In this document: positions 38,062 through 49,370 of the stretch, one piece after another
Position numbering within the stretch: position 1 is the first letter of the stretch
How the letters are laid out: each line of letters opens with the position of its first letter
Origin: Patescibacteria group bacterium
GTDB lineage: Bacteria > Patescibacteriota > Patescibacteriia > UBA2591 > CALHIP01
DNA length: 64,000 bases
Direction: 5' to 3'
NCBI GenBank assembly: GCA_026417895.1
Contig: JAOACJ010000016.1
Span: 20,015 to 84,014 of the forward strand
Notes under the pieces: generated by a model
Databases searched by the model: none
Told to the model about the DNA's origin: nothing
What the model saw: the letters and a program-made list of their open reading frames with translations, nothing else
Made by a program: the position numbers and the translations under genes

Positions 38062-39591
38062 TTATCGGGCATATTCAGTAATTCTTGTCTCACGAATGAC
38101 GGTGACTTTAATTTCGCCGGGGTATTTAAGATCAGCTTCAATTTTTTTGGCTATTTCTTTGGCTAACCTTCCTGCTTCTAAATCATCAATTTTTTGAGCA
38201 TTGACAAAAATTCTTATTTCTCGACCAGCTTGAAGACAATAGGCTTTTTCTACGTTTGGAAAAGAAAGAGCAGTTTTTTCTAAATCTTCCAATCTTTTGA
38301 GATATTCTTCGTAAGAATCAGCCCGCGCTCCGGGCCTCGCCCCAGAAATAGCATCAGCCACTTTAACAATAATTGCTTCTAGGGTTGGTGGCGAATCTTC
38401 ATGATGGGTGGCAATGGGAATAATGACCTCTTCTGGCAAACCAAATTTCTCGCCTAATTTTTTACCAATTTCCGGATGGGTCCCGGTTGTTTCTTGATCT
38501 AAGGCTTTACCAATATCATGGAGTAATCCGGCCTTTTTTACAACTGATTCATCAAGACCAAGTTCAGAAGCAATTAAGACGCTAAGGTTAGCTACTTCAA
38601 CAGAATGTTGAAGAACGTTCTGACCATAACTCGTTCGGTATTTTAAGCGTCCTAAAATTTGCAGTAATTTCGGATCAAGACCAACCACGCCAACTTTAAA
38701 AGCTGTTTCTTCGCCAATCTCTTTTATTTCTTCAGCTAATTCTTTTTTAACTTCTTCAACAATCCTTTCAATTCTGGCTGGTTGAATGCGACCATCTAAA
38801 ATTAAACGTTCCAACGTTCTCTTGGCCAACTCTCTTCTCAAGGGTGAGAAACAGGAAATAGTAATAACTTCCGGTGTATCATCAATAATTATTTCCACTC
38901 CGGTCAATTGTTCTAAAGTTTTAATATTTCTCCCCTCTCGGCCAATAATTCGACCTTTCATTTCTTCGGAAGGTAGTCCAATAGTTGAAGTGGTTCTTTC
39001 TTGGGCGACGCTTGAAGCGTATCTTTCCATAGCTAGAACCAATAGCTCTTGACTTTTTTTCTCAATTTCTTTGGCCCCCTCTTTTTCCATTTTTCGGATT
39101 CGATTTAAAATTTCTTCCTGGAATTCTTTTTCTATCTGTGCAAAAAGCATTTCTTTCGCTTCTTTTTTCGAAAGCCCAGAAATTTTTTCTAGACGAAGAT
39201 TTGCCTCATCGTTTAAAGCCTGAACACGCTCCTTAATTTCTTCCACTTTTTTTACCTTTTCCGCTAATTTTATTTTCTCTTCCTCAAATTCAAGAAGCTT
39301 TTGATCAAATAGGGCCCTTCTTTTTTCTAGTTTTTCTTCAAGAATTTTAAGATCTTTTTTTCTTAATTGTTCTTCTTTTTTTACCCTTTCAATCATCGCT
39401 AGTTGCTCCTCTTTCGCCTCAAGAATAATTTCTTGGGCCCTTCTTCTGGCTTTCTCCTCAATCTCTCTGGCTTTTGTTTCTAGACTATCAAAAAGTCGAC
39501 TAACAACTGATTTCCTAAAATAGTAACCAATAACAGCTCCGATCAAAATGCTTGCCAAAACAATGATTGATGTAAAATTTTGACTCATCAT
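38062..39591 (-). CDS. rny: Ribonuclease Y
   Basis: N-terminal TM, coiled coil, KH MKGRIIGREGRNI, HD LLHDIGK, ADAISGARPGAR. Confidence 0.97.
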   Translation of the reverse strand: MMSQNFTSIIVLASILIGAVIGYYFRKSVVSRLFDSLETKAREIEEKARRRAQEIILEAKEEQLAMIERVKKEEQLRKKDLKILEEKLEKRRALFDQKLLEFEEEKIKLAEKVKKVEEIKERVQALNDEANLRLEKISGLSKKEAKEMLFAQIEKEFQEEILNRIRKMEKEGAKEIEKKSQELLVLAMERYASSVAQERTTSTIGLPSEEMKGRIIGREGRNIKTLEQLTGVEIIIDDTPEVITISCFSPLRRELAKRTLERLILDGRIQPARIERIVEEVKKELAEEIKEIGEETAFKVGVVGLDPKLLQILGRLKYRTSYGQNVLQHSVEVANLSVLIASELGLDESVVKKAGLLHDIGKALDQETTGTHPEIGKKLGEKFGLPEEVIIPIATHHEDSPPTLEAIIVKVADAISGARPGARADSYEEYLKRLEDLEKTALSFPNVEKAYCLQAGREIRIFVNAQKIDDLEAGRLAKEIAKKIEADLKYPGEIKVTVIRETRITEYAR

Positions 39592-39614
39592 ATTGATTGA
39601 GAATGATTAAAATT

Positions 39615-39640
39615 AAAAACCGAGATCTTTCTCGGCTTTT
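39615..39640 (-). terminator. Intrinsic terminator after clpP
   Basis: Minus strand GCCGAGA-AAGA-TCTCGGT followed by a T run. Confidence 0.6.
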
Positions 39641-39674
39641 GAAAGAAAAAATATAAAATAAAGATGAATTTTCT

Positions 39675-40250
39675 TTATTTAATTATCTGGTCAATTAAAC
39701 CATATTTTTTTGCTTCCTCTGCATCCATAAAAAATTCTCGATCGGTGTCTTTCTCTATCTTCTCTAGGGGTTGACCGGTGTGAAAGGAGAGAATTTTATT
39801 AATTCTTTCCCTAATCTTTAAAATATGTTCAGCTCTTATTTTTATATCAAGAGCCGGCCCCTCAGCTCCACCCATCACCTGGTGAAGCATCACTTCTGAG
39901 TTTGGTAAAGCAAACCTTTTTCCTTTAGCGCCAGCTGCTAGCAAGACAGCAGCCATACTCCCAGCTAAACCAACACAAATAGTTGCCACGTCTGGTTTAA
40001 CATAGCGCATCGTATCATAAATAGCCATTCCGGCTGTAACACTGCCACCCGGACTGTTAATATAAAGTTTAATTTCTTTGTTTTTGTCTTCGCTTTCTAA
40101 AAATAAGAGTTGGGCAATAATAGTATTAGCCACATTATCGTCGATTACGTCGCCAAGAAAAATAATTCTTTCTTTTAAAAGCCGAGAATAAATATCATAG
40201 GCCCTTTCCCCGAATTGAGATTTCTCGATGACTGTTGGGACGAGGTACAT
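39675..40250 (-). CDS. clpP: ATP-dependent Clp protease proteolytic subunit
   Basis: [21 protein letters not shown] (catalytic Ser), MLHQ, DRE. Confidence 0.97.
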   Translation of the reverse strand: MYLVPTVIEKSQFGERAYDIYSRLLKERIIFLGDVIDDNVANTIIAQLLFLESEDKNKEIKLYINSPGGSVTAGMAIYDTMRYVKPDVATICVGLAGSMAAVLLAAGAKGKRFALPNSEVMLHQVMGGAEGPALDIKIRAEHILKIRERINKILSFHTGQPLEKIEKDTDREFFMDAEEAKKYGLIDQIIK

Positions 40251-40332
40251 ATGATAATAAGTTAAAAGTTAAAAATGAAAAACGAAAAATTTATTTAATA
40301 ATGATGACGATTATCCGGTTATATTATTTCTA

Positions 40333-40361
40333 ATTATATCATCAAAGATTAAATTATTCAA
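40333..40361 (-). promoter_or_regulatory. clpP promoter
   Basis: TTGAAT-17nt-TATAAT with extended TG. Confidence 0.65.
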
Positions 40362-40367
40362 CCCTCT

Positions 40368-40649
40368 TCAACTAAGGAGGAGTTTTATTTTTGGTAAAGA
40401 ATGAAAGGAAAGTCTTTGAGCCAATTCTTTTTGAAAAAGACCGGTTTTCAATTGAAGTAGTTCAAAAATTTTTCTTTCTTTTTCAGTTGGGAAAATTTTC
40501 AAATAAATTTTTGTTTCCTGAAGATTTTTCAATGTCTCAACTTTATCAACTGTTACTAGACAGCCATTTGGAGTTTCAAAATTTTCTAAAATAATCTGGC
40601 CAAAAATTCTTTTGATCAATTCGTCAACACTTTCCATTTTTCTGGTCAT
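40368..40649 (-). CDS. rbfA: Ribosome-binding factor A (short, divergent)
   Basis: R.E.V.ELIKR...LVTV..VE...L...KIY...G.FQKELA.RL....P.I pattern. Confidence 0.7.
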   Translation of the reverse strand: MTRKMESVDELIKRIFGQIILENFETPNGCLVTVDKVETLKNLQETKIYLKIFPTEKERKIFELLQLKTGLFQKELAQRLSFHSLPKIKLLLS

Positions 40650-40682
40650 ATATAGAGATATAGAGAAGGGTTTAAGTGATCC

Positions 40683-41813
40683 CTAAGCTTTAATCGGCAT
40701 AATCAGATAAAGAAAGTTTTCTTCAGGAAATGGTTTAATGACACTTGGTGAACTGTCGTCAATTATTTCAAAAGAAAATTCTGGCGTTGTGAAACTGGTT
40801 AGACCGTCTAAAAGATAGTGATAGTTAAAGGCCAAACTGTTTTTTTCACCAGAAACTTCACCTTTGACCTCAACCCTACTTTCTCCAACTTGATTGTTTA
40901 AAGAAGAGAGGATAATTGCTGATTTATTAGGAAGAAATTCAAAAGAAATATCATTGATACCGGTTTTGGAAAAGGGAGCAATCCCTTTGATAGTTTTAAT
41001 TAATAATTCTCTTTCTAGAATTGCTTTTGTTCTAAAATTTCTAGGAATAATTTCTTGATAGTTAGGAAATTCGGCTTGAATAATTCGAGAAATAAGTTTA
41101 GTTTCTTGAAAATAAAACAGAATTTGATTTTCAGAAAGAAAAATTTCTACTTCGTTTTCTTTCTTTTCAGCCGACGAATTAAAAATTCTTAAAAATTCTT
41201 GAAGGGTTTTGAGTGGAACAATGATTTTTTTAGACCTTTGGCTGGTTGTTGATTTTCCTAGAGTTATCTTTTTTTCTGCTAATCGATAACTGTCAGTTCC
41301 AACAATGGTTAAGGTTTGTGATTCAGGAGAAAAAGAAAATAAGAGGCCACTAATTTCTGGTCTGGTTTCTGACGGATTGCAAGAAGAGATGGTTTGCTGA
41401 ATTGATTTTTTTAAATCTTGCCCGGAAAGGAGGTATTTTTCTTCTTTTTCTATTTTAGGCAAAATTGGAAAATCTTCACTTGATAGTCCTTTTATTTTTG
41501 TTTCACCGTTTTTATATTTTAAAAAAAGTTCATCTTTAGTTACTTCAATTGTTACCGGCTCGTTAGGTAAAAAATTTACATGGGAAAAAAGCAAAGAAGC
41601 TGGAACAGTGAAAGAACCTTCTTTTTCTATTTTTCCACCAATAAAAGTTTCAATAGCTATTTCTAAATCTGTTGAAACAAGATAAAGTAACCCTTTTTCT
41701 ATTTTTAAAAGGACGTTGCCTAAAATTGGTAAAGACGATTTACTTATACTAGCTAGGTGAAAAACCTTTTCTAACCCTTTAATTAAATTTTTTTGTAAGA
41801 AAGTTCCTTTCAT
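40683..41813 (-). CDS. dnaN: DNA polymerase III beta clamp
   Basis: LPILGNVL, STDLEI, DFP, GTDSYRLA, SRII..EFPNY, YLIMPI. Confidence 0.96.
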   Translation of the reverse strand: MKGTFLQKNLIKGLEKVFHLASISKSSLPILGNVLLKIEKGLLYLVSTDLEIAIETFIGGKIEKEGSFTVPASLLFSHVNFLPNEPVTIEVTKDELFLKYKNGETKIKGLSSEDFPILPKIEKEEKYLLSGQDLKKSIQQTISSCNPSETRPEISGLLFSFSPESQTLTIVGTDSYRLAEKKITLGKSTTSQRSKKIIVPLKTLQEFLRIFNSSAEKKENEVEIFLSENQILFYFQETKLISRIIQAEFPNYQEIIPRNFRTKAILERELLIKTIKGIAPFSKTGINDISFEFLPNKSAIILSSLNNQVGESRVEVKGEVSGEKNSLAFNYHYLLDGLTSFTTPEFSFEIIDDSSPSVIKPFPEENFLYLIMPIKA

Positions 41814-41819
41814 AATTTA

Positions 41820-41981
41820 TTATTTTATTAGTTATTTATAATAGTATTAAACTTGGGGATTTTGTTGATAAATTGATATCTTCTTATTTATTCTAACATT
41901 TTTAAAAGATAAAAGAAAGAAAAAAAAGAGGAAAGAATGTGGATTTCTTATTTTCCTGTTTTCTTGTTTTCTTTGTCAACA
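41820..41981 (-). promoter_or_regulatory. Candidate oriC unwinding element (tandem DnaA boxes, DnaA-trio-like run, AT-rich tract)
   Basis: Reading toward dnaN: TTATCAACA-AAATCCCCA-AGTT-TAATACTATTATAAATAACTAATAA; further degenerate boxes at 41938-41946 and 41973-41981. Confidence 0.6.
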
Positions 41982-42868
41982 CTTTCTTCACCTTCCTTAC
42001 CTCTTTCTAAAAAAAGAAAAACCCAACAACTTGTTTGATAAACATTTAAGAAACCAAGGGTAGTTATTTGGAAAACAAGAATTAAAAAAGCGAAAAAAAA
42101 CCAACTAAACCAGAATCCCGGCCAGCCCAAAAATTTTATTAAAAAAATACTCCCAAGTTTTAGAGGAAAAAAAAGAGCGCCCGAATCAAAGACTAACCAC
42201 CAAAGAAGACCGAAGCCGAACATAAACAAAAAGAGAATTATCATCAAAGATAATACTTTCAGCCAACTATTTTTTAGAAATAAAAAGAAAGAATAAAAAG
42301 CTTGTCGAAGAGAGTTTCTTTTAACAACAAAATAGAAAATAATATAAAAAATCAAAAGAGCTGAAACAAGACTAATAAGGAAAAAGAAAAAAATAATTAA
42401 GAAGAAAACCCACACTTGGACCGACAAAATTAAAAAATGAATACCAAACAAAAACAAAATAAACATCAAAAAACCGACCAAACAAACAATTGAGGTTGGC
42501 AAAAAGTTATTTTTTGCTCGTTGCCATGATTTTTTAAAATTAAACTTCTCTCCCTTTCCTATTTTACTAAGAGAAAAGATTAAAAAAATTTCTGAAAAAA
42601 TACATAAGGCTAAAAGAAAAATAAATATCGCTAATATTAAGATGGTCAGGGGGGTGTTTAAATTAAAAGCGGTGAGTGGTTTCTTAAAGACTACCTGAGG
42701 GTTGGTTGAAGAAAGAAAAACATCACCAATTAAAACCTCGGTTAAAAAAAACAAGAGAAAAAGAGGGTTGGTTAAAAAGAAGAAAAGAGAAGTCAGAAAC
42801 CCTAAAAACCAAAGCCCAAAGTTTTGCCAACTTATAGTTAAAGATTTTTTAAGAATTTCACCAATCAT
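41948..42868 (-). CDS. Polytopic membrane protein of unknown function
   Basis: About 6-7 hydrophobic segments; Phe-rich. Confidence 0.75.
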   Translation of the reverse strand: MIGEILKKSLTISWQNFGLWFLGFLTSLFFFLTNPLFLLFFLTEVLIGDVFLSSTNPQVVFKKPLTAFNLNTPLTILILAIFIFLLALCIFSEIFLIFSLSKIGKGEKFNFKKSWQRAKNNFLPTSIVCLVGFLMFILFLFGIHFLILSVQVWVFFLIIFFFFLISLVSALLIFYIIFYFVVKRNSLRQAFYSFFLFLKNSWLKVLSLMIILFLFMFGFGLLWWLVFDSGALFFPLKLGSIFLIKFLGWPGFWFSWFFFAFLILVFQITTLGFLNVYQTSCWVFLFLERGKEGEESVDKENKKTGK

Positions 42869-42918
42869 ATATTTTATAAACTTCCTGCCGACATAAATTA
42901 ATAAAAACTGGCGCTTGC

Positions 42919-44733
42919 TTAATTAAAAATTTTTAAAAACTCTTCTTTCTCTAAAGTTTCCTTTTCTAAAAGTTTTTTAGCAATTTTTTCCAAAAACTCT
43001 CTCTTTGTTTTAACCACCTCTTTGGCCTTGGTATAACACTGATTGATAAATCTTGAAACTTCCTCATCAATAATTTGAGCTGATTTTTCCGAATAATCTT
43101 TCTGTTCAGCAATCTCGCGACCTAAAAAAATCAACTCATGTCTTTCACCAAAGGTTCGGGGGCCCAAAATTTCGCTCATTCCAAACTCAGTCACTAATTT
43201 TTTTGCCAATTCAGTTGCTTGTTTTAAGTCATTAGCTGCTCCGGTTGTTACCTCGCCAAAAATTTCTTCTTCAGCCACATAGCCACCCAAAAGAGCCGAA
43301 AGATTATCTAGAAATTCAGACTTAAATTTTAAATATCTTTCTTTTTCTGGCATTTTTAACGTATAACCAGCCGCTTGACCGCGGGCAATAATTGAGACTT
43401 TTTGGACTGGATCACAATGAGGCAAGGAATGGGCAACTAAAGCATGACCAGCTTCATGATAAGCGACAACTTTTCTTTCTTTTTCTGAAAGAAGATGAGA
43501 TTTTCTTTCCGGACCCAAAAGAACTTTTTCGATTGACTCTAAAACCTCTTTCTCATAAATTTTATCTTTTTCTCTTCGGGCAGCTAAAATTGCTGCTTCG
43601 TTCATTAAATTAGCTAAATCGGCCCCAGAAAAGCCTGGCGTTCTTTCCGCAATTTTTTTTAGAGAAACGTTTTTCGCCAAAGGTTTCCCTCGGGCATGAA
43701 TTTTTAGAATTTCTTCCCGATCTTTAACATCTGGCATATCAAGAACAATTCTGCGATCAAAACGGCCTGGTCGAAGTAGGGCTGGATCTAAGACATCAGG
43801 ACGATTAGTGGCGGAAATAACAATCAGTCCAATATTCGGCTCAAAACCATCCATTTCAACTAAAATTTGATTTAAAGTCTGTTCCCTTTCATCGTGGGAT
43901 CCCCCTAACCCAGCCCCTCTTTGTCGACCAACAGCATCAAGTTCGTCAATAAAGACAATACAAGGCAAATTCTTTTTTGCCTTTTGAAATAAAGAACGAA
44001 CACGGGAAGCGCCAACGCCGACAAACATTTCAACGAATTCCGAGCCAGAAATATGAAAAAACGGCACCTGAGCTTCGCCAGCCACTGCTCTTGCCAAAAG
44101 AGTTTTTCCACAACCTGGTGGCCCCATTAAAAGCACGCCCTTAGGGATTTTCGCTCCTAAGGCGGTAAATTTTTTTGGTTTTTTTAAAAAATCAACAATC
44201 TCTTTTAGTTCTTCTTTTGCTTCTTTGACACCAGCCACATCTTTAAAGGTCACCTTCGTTCTTTCTCCTGGCCTTATTTCTCTGGCTTGACTTTCACCAA
44301 AACGAAAAGCTTCTTGTGCCCCACCCCTGATTTGACGAGAGAAAAAATAAAGAATACCAATAAGTAAAATTAGCGGCAGGAGGGAGGGTAAAATACTTTG
44401 CAAAAAAACATTTTTTCCAGCCGGTGGTTTAATGGTTTGTGAAACATCTCTTAATATCTCTGGTGAAACCTGATAATAATTCAAAATAGAAGTTAAAGTT
44501 TCTTTTTCTTCTTTATAGAAAAACATTTTTTTGTTGTCCTGGCTGATTAAATTAACCTTGTTTTCCTCGACAACAATAGCTTTTATTTTTCCTTCTTTTA
44601 ATTGTCTAATAAAATTATCGATTGTTATTTCTTCCGTTTTCTCAAAAGGATTAGTTAAAAGACTAAAGAAACCACTAATAATTAAAAAGAAAATTAGAAT
44701 AATCAGAAAGTTAATAATCAATTTTTTATTCAT
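42919..44733 (-). CDS. ftsH: ATP-dependent zinc metalloprotease FtsH
   Basis: Two TMs, [28 protein letters not shown]. Confidence 0.98.
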   Translation of the reverse strand: MNKKLIINFLIILIFFLIISGFFSLLTNPFEKTEEITIDNFIRQLKEGKIKAIVVEENKVNLISQDNKKMFFYKEEKETLTSILNYYQVSPEILRDVSQTIKPPAGKNVFLQSILPSLLPLILLIGILYFFSRQIRGGAQEAFRFGESQAREIRPGERTKVTFKDVAGVKEAKEELKEIVDFLKKPKKFTALGAKIPKGVLLMGPPGCGKTLLARAVAGEAQVPFFHISGSEFVEMFVGVGASRVRSLFQKAKKNLPCIVFIDELDAVGRQRGAGLGGSHDEREQTLNQILVEMDGFEPNIGLIVISATNRPDVLDPALLRPGRFDRRIVLDMPDVKDREEILKIHARGKPLAKNVSLKKIAERTPGFSGADLANLMNEAAILAARREKDKIYEKEVLESIEKVLLGPERKSHLLSEKERKVVAYHEAGHALVAHSLPHCDPVQKVSIIARGQAAGYTLKMPEKERYLKFKSEFLDNLSALLGGYVAEEEIFGEVTTGAANDLKQATELAKKLVTEFGMSEILGPRTFGERHELIFLGREIAEQKDYSEKSAQIIDEEVSRFINQCYTKAKEVVKTKREFLEKIAKKLLEKETLEKEEFLKIFN

Positions 44734-44739
44734 AAATCT

Positions 44740-45789
44740 TTATTTTTGAGTAACTTCTTTGAGGCTTAAACCTAAACGATGATCTTCTGACTCTAAAGAA
44801 ATGATTTTAAAGGAGAAAATCTGGCCAACCTTAATCTTTTCTTTCATTATCTCTTCAGGAATTTCAGAAATATGAGCTAGGCCATAAATATCTTTTTCAA
44901 CCTCAACCAAAAATCCATAAGGTCTGATTTTAGAAATTTTTCCTTGAACAAGATCACCAACTTTATATTTTTTTTCAATCATTTTCCAAGGATTTTCTTG
45001 GGTTCTTTTTAGTGAAAGAGAAATTTTTGAATCATCAACAGAAAGAACTACGGCTTTAACTCGATCACCAACTTTGACTACCTCTTCTATTTTTTCTATT
45101 TTTTGCCAAGCAATTTCTGAAATATGGACCAAGCCTTTAATTTGATCATCTAACTCGACAAAAACACCAAAAGGAGAGATACCAACAACCCTTCCTTCAA
45201 CGATGTCACCAACTTTATATTTTTTAAACAAAGACGATTTTTTTTCTAATTCAACCTCTTTTTCCGAAAAAATAACTTTTTTATTCGTTTCATCACTACT
45301 AATTATTTTTACTTCTAAAGACTGACCGACGATTTCTTTTAATTTTTCTAAAATTTTATTTTTATCCCCATCAACGACTTGAGGAAAGTGTTGGCTAGAA
45401 AGTTGTGAAGAAGGGATAAAACCAGAGATTTTTTTATATTGAACAATTAATCCACCTCGATTGGCGTCGATTACCTTTACAGAAATAGTCCTTCCTTCTT
45501 CTTGGATTTTTTTAATCATTTCAGAAGTTTTTAATTTAGCCCCAGCCCGAAAAGAAAGTTCAACTTCTCCTCTTTCATTTTCTTCGTCAATAACTAAAGC
45601 TGTTGCCTCATCACCAACCTTTAAATTTAAATAGTCTCCCAATTCATCTTGAAGTTCAGCCCCTCGGACAACACCAGTAGCCAGACCTCCTAGATCAAGC
45701 CAGACCTCATTTTTTCCAATTTTCAAGACACGACCAGTCACCATTTGGCCAACTTCAAATTTTTTTATTTTCTTTAATAAGTTTTTCAT
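44740..45789 (-). CDS. rpsA: 30S ribosomal protein S1 (short, four S1 domains)
   Basis: Repeated S1 motifs (GFIPSSQL, GLVHISEI, GLAHISEI); probable ATG 45789. Confidence 0.85.
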   Translation of the reverse strand: MKNLLKKIKKFEVGQMVTGRVLKIGKNEVWLDLGGLATGVVRGAELQDELGDYLNLKVGDEATALVIDEENERGEVELSFRAGAKLKTSEMIKKIQEEGRTISVKVIDANRGGLIVQYKKISGFIPSSQLSSQHFPQVVDGDKNKILEKLKEIVGQSLEVKIISSDETNKKVIFSEKEVELEKKSSLFKKYKVGDIVEGRVVGISPFGVFVELDDQIKGLVHISEIAWQKIEKIEEVVKVGDRVKAVVLSVDDSKISLSLKRTQENPWKMIEKKYKVGDLVQGKISKIRPYGFLVEVEKDIYGLAHISEIPEEIMKEKIKVGQIFSFKIISLESEDHRLGLSLKEVTQK

Positions 45790-45818
45790 AACCTTTAATT
45801 TATAAATAATAACATATT

Positions 45819-45847
45819 TTGACAAATAAGTAAAGAAATGTTAAAAT
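45819..45847 (+). promoter_or_regulatory. Consensus promoter heading the plus-strand gyrA-yidC-clp-pilin region
   Basis: TTGACA-17nt-TAAAAT with extended TG. Confidence 0.75.
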
Positions 45848-45919
45848 AATTTTTGGTTTCGATTTTCTGGTTCCTAATTTTGGAACCAATAACTAAAGAC
45901 TATTAACTATAAATTTATT

Positions 45920-46540
45920 ATGCAAATCATTTGGTACGGTGAAAGTTGTTTTAAAATTATAACTAACGAATTAAGTATTTTAACTGACCCCTTTTCGCCA
46001 GCTGCCCAGGGGTTGAAAAATCCTAGACTGACTTCAGAGATTGTTGTCTTCTCTAACCCTGCGACTTTAAAAAAGAAAGAGGAAGAAAAAAACAATTTTT
46101 TTCTCATTTCTATGCCTGGCGAATATGAAATAAAAAACATTTTTATTTTCAGCTTGCCCCACCAGGAAAATAATCTTTTAAAATTAATTTATAAAATAGA
46201 AACAGAGGAAATAAAAATTTGTTTTTGGGGAGAAATTTCGAAAGAGCCAGCCAGTGAAGAATTAGAAAAATTAGGAGAAGTGGATGTTCTTCTCATTTCC
46301 TTTGCCCCCTCGCTGTCTTTAAAAGAAATTGTCAAAACTATAAAAGAAATCCAACCAAAAATTGTTATTCCCCATTCTTTAAAGATTAAAGAAAATAAAA
46401 TAGATCTAAAAATCATTGAAAAATTTACTCAAGAAATGGGTTGGCGAAAATTTGAAAAGACTGCCAAACTGAAGATAAGAAAAAAAGACCTTTCCCTTGG
46501 AAAAACCGGCTTAATTATTCTTGAACCAGTGGTTAATTAA
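45920..46540 (+). CDS. Metallo-beta-lactamase-fold protein with degenerate metal site
   Basis: MQIIWYGESCF, LTDPF, PGEYEI, VDVLL, PKIVIP match the family, but HxHxDH is absent. Confidence 0.75.
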   Translation: MQIIWYGESCFKIITNELSILTDPFSPAAQGLKNPRLTSEIVVFSNPATLKKKEEEKNNFFLISMPGEYEIKNIFIFSLPHQENNLLKLIYKIETEEIKICFWGEISKEPASEELEKLGEVDVLLISFAPSLSLKEIVKTIKEIQPKIVIPHSLKIKENKIDLKIIEKFTQEMGWRKFEKTAKLKIRKKDLSLGKTGLIILEPVVN

Positions 46541-46878
46541 TGACTATGAATGATAAAATGAAAAAGAAAAACTTTCCTTGGCCCTTAGTTATTTTTGTTT
46601 TTATTATCATTGTTATTTTTTGGCAATTTTTCCTGAAAATTTTCCCTCAGTCAAAAAAAGAAGAAGATGATTTTATCAAAGACTTAGTTAATCAAGGAGT
46701 TTTCATCAAAGATAATTTTGACAAGCTATTATCTAATTTAAAAGAAATTAAATTTACCAATTCTTTATTAGAAAGAGAAGAAAATAAATTAACCAACAAA
46801 GAGATTGAGAGACTTAAAGAAAAAGTTTTACAATATACCAATCAAAAACTAATGACGAATAATCAACCCTTGGAATAA
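46540..46878 (+). CDS. Hypothetical protein with N-terminal TM
   Basis: 112-aa ORF translationally coupled to the upstream gene. Confidence 0.6.
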   Translation: MTMNDKMKKKNFPWPLVIFVFIIIVIFWQFFLKIFPQSKKEEDDFIKDLVNQGVFIKDNFDKLLSNLKEIKFTNSLLEREENKLTNKEIERLKEKVLQYTNQKLMTNNQPLE

Positions 46879-46895
46879 TAAATCGAAATTTATTT

Positions 46896-49343
46896 ATGGA
46901 AAGGATAGAAAAAAAACCTTTAGAAGAAGAATTGAAGGAAAGTTATTTAGACTATGCCATGAGCGTTATTGTTTCTCGGGCTCTACCCGATCTGCGCGAT
47001 GGCTTAAAACCAGTTCACCGTCGAATTTTATATGCGATGTACGAAGATGGCCTAACCCATCAGGCTAAATTTAGAAAGTCAGCTACTGTTGTTGGCGCCT
47101 GTCTAGGTCGTTATCACCCTCATGGCGACCAAGCTGTTTACGATGCGGCCATTCGTTTAGCCCAAAATTTTTCCTTGCGTTATCCCCTCATTGAAGGGCA
47201 GGGAAACCTTGGGTCAGTTGATAACCCATCTGAGTATGCGGCAATGAGATATACCGAAATGAGACTTTCAAAACTTGGTGAAGAAATGTTAAGAGACATT
47301 GAAAAAGAAACTGTTAATTTTGTCGCTAATTACGACGGAACAAGAAAAGAGCCAACTGTTTTACCCTCGCCACTGCCGCAATTACTTTTAAATGGCAGTG
47401 CTGGTATTGCTGTTGGTGTGGCAACTAATATTCCACCCCACAATCTTTCAGAAGTTTGTGAAGCTCTGATTTATTTGATTGATCATCCGAACGCGGAGAT
47501 AAATGATTTTTTAAAAATTATTAAAGGTCCAGACTTCCCGAGTGGTGGCATTGTTTTTGGTGGCAAAAACTTAGAAGAAATTTATACCTTTGGACGGGGC
47601 TCAATTTTAATTCGAGCAAGAACAGAAATTTTAACTAACGAAAAGGGAGAAAAAGAGATAGTTATTAAAGAAATCCCTTATCAAGTTAGCAAAAGTTCAC
47701 TTTTAGAAAAAATTGCTCATCTGGTCAAAGAGAAAAAAATTGAAGAAATAAGAGAGATTAAAGATCTTTCAGACAAAGAAGGAATAAGAATTGTCATTAA
47801 AGTAAAAAAACAAGCCCTTGCCCAAAAAGTCTTGAACCGTCTTTTTGCCCTTACACCCCTTGAAACCCCATTTTATTTTAATTGTTTAGCCCTTACTTCT
47901 GATTTGGAGGTGAAAAAACTTTCTTTAAAAGAACTTCTCTTGGGTTATTTAAAACATCGCGAAGAAGTAGTTAGACGTCGCACTCAATTTGAACTGATAA
48001 AGACAGAAGAAAGAATTCATATTTTAGAAGGATTTAAAATTACCCTTCACCATCTTAATCAGGTTATTGCCTTAATTAAAAAATCAAAAGACCGCGAAGA
48101 AGCAAAGAAAAATTTAGAAAAAGAATTTCATTTTGATGAAAAACAGGCTCAGGCTATTTTAGAAATGAGGCTTTATCAATTGGCTCATCTCGAAAGAGGA
48201 AAGATTGAAAATGAGCTTAAAGAAAAGAAAGAGAAAAGAAAAGAATTAAAAGAAATCCTTTCTTCTCCTCAAAAAATTTATGAAGTGATTAAAAAAGAAA
48301 TTAGCGAACTTAAAGAAAAATACGGCGATCAACGAAGAACGGAAATCATCTCCTCTTTACCTGAAGAGTTTAAAGAAGAAGACTTAATTTCTGATGAATT
48401 GACGATAGTTATGTTAACTCGCGCCGGTTATATTAAAAGAGTTTCACCAGAAAATTTCCGTGCCCAAGAAAGAGGGGGAAAGGGAATTAAAGGATTAGAG
48501 GCAAAGGAAAATGATGTTTTAGAAGACCTTGTTTTAACCTCAACAACAACCAATCTTTTTCTTTTTTCCAATAAGGGGAAAGTTTTTTTTCTTAAAACCT
48601 ACAAAATTCCAGAATTAGGTCGAACAGCAACCGGCGAAGCGATTGCTAATTTTTTAAATCTTTCCACTGACGAAAAAATTTCTTTTATTTTACCCCTCAA
48701 AGGATTTGATAAGACAAAAAATATTATTCTGGTTACTAGAACAGGTATCATTAAAAAAGTTAAAATTGATGATTTTCATTCAATCAGAAAAAGTGGCCTA
48801 TTCGTTATCAATTTAGAAAAAAATGATGCCCTTAAATCAGCAAAACTCTCTCTGGCAGGAGAAGAAATTCTCTTGTTCACTGCCTTAGGACAAGTTATTA
48901 GATTTAAAGAGCAAGAATTAAAAATTTATTCCCGAGGTGCAAAAGGAATAAGGGGAATAAAATTGAGAAAAGATGATGAAGTTATCGATTTAGAAGTTGT
49001 TGATCCCCGTCGTATTAAAAACTTGAAAGTTTTAACCTTTAGTGAATTAGGTTTTGGTAAAAAAACCTTTCTTTCAGTTTATCGATTACAAAAACGCGGT
49101 GGTTTCGGCCTGAAGGCGGCTAAAGTTTCCGCCAAAACCGGCCGTCTTATTAAAAGTTTAGTTATTGATGAAAAAAATTTACCGTCAGGTATAAAAGGTG
49201 ATTTGATACTTATCTCTCGCCTTGGACAGGTTTTAAGAATTCCTTCTCAAAGCGTTCCACTTCTTGGTCGAGTTTCACAAGGGGTGAGACTAATGAAATT
49301 TAAAGATAAAAATGATCGCCTAGCAGCTGTCACTTTAGTCTGA
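46896..49343 (+). CDS. gyrA: DNA gyrase subunit A
   Basis: [22 protein letters not shown] (catalytic Tyr), GyrA-box QERGGKG, beta-pinwheel CTD. Confidence 0.95.
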   Translation: MERIEKKPLEEELKESYLDYAMSVIVSRALPDLRDGLKPVHRRILYAMYEDGLTHQAKFRKSATVVGACLGRYHPHGDQAVYDAAIRLAQNFSLRYPLIEGQGNLGSVDNPSEYAAMRYTEMRLSKLGEEMLRDIEKETVNFVANYDGTRKEPTVLPSPLPQLLLNGSAGIAVGVATNIPPHNLSEVCEALIYLIDHPNAEINDFLKIIKGPDFPSGGIVFGGKNLEEIYTFGRGSILIRARTEILTNEKGEKEIVIKEIPYQVSKSSLLEKIAHLVKEKKIEEIREIKDLSDKEGIRIVIKVKKQALAQKVLNRLFALTPLETPFYFNCLALTSDLEVKKLSLKELLLGYLKHREEVVRRRTQFELIKTEERIHILEGFKITLHHLNQVIALIKKSKDREEAKKNLEKEFHFDEKQAQAILEMRLYQLAHLERGKIENELKEKKEKRKELKEILSSPQKIYEVIKKEISELKEKYGDQRRTEIISSLPEEFKEEDLISDELTIVMLTRAGYIKRVSPENFRAQERGGKGIKGLEAKENDVLEDLVLTSTTTNLFLFSNKGKVFFLKTYKIPELGRTATGEAIANFLNLSTDEKISFILPLKGFDKTKNIILVTRTGIIKKVKIDDFHSIRKSGLFVINLEKNDALKSAKLSLAGEEILLFTALGQVIRFKEQELKIYSRGAKGIRGIKLRKDDEVIDLEVVDPRRIKNLKVLTFSELGFGKKTFLSVYRLQKRGGFGLKAAKVSAKTGRLIKSLVIDEKNLPSGIKGDLILISRLGQVLRIPSQSVPLLGRVSQGVRLMKFKDKNDRLAAVTLV

Positions 49344-49370
49344 TAATGAAACTTATTGAAATTAATTTTT

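Noticed and set aside
41900..42870. Poly-A/purine-rich tracts as a repeat element
   Set aside because: Explained by the Phe/Leu-rich membrane protein on the minus strand and overall AT bias.
46896..49343. parC rather than gyrA
   Set aside because: A GyrA-box-like QERGGKG motif and a full C-terminal pinwheel are present.
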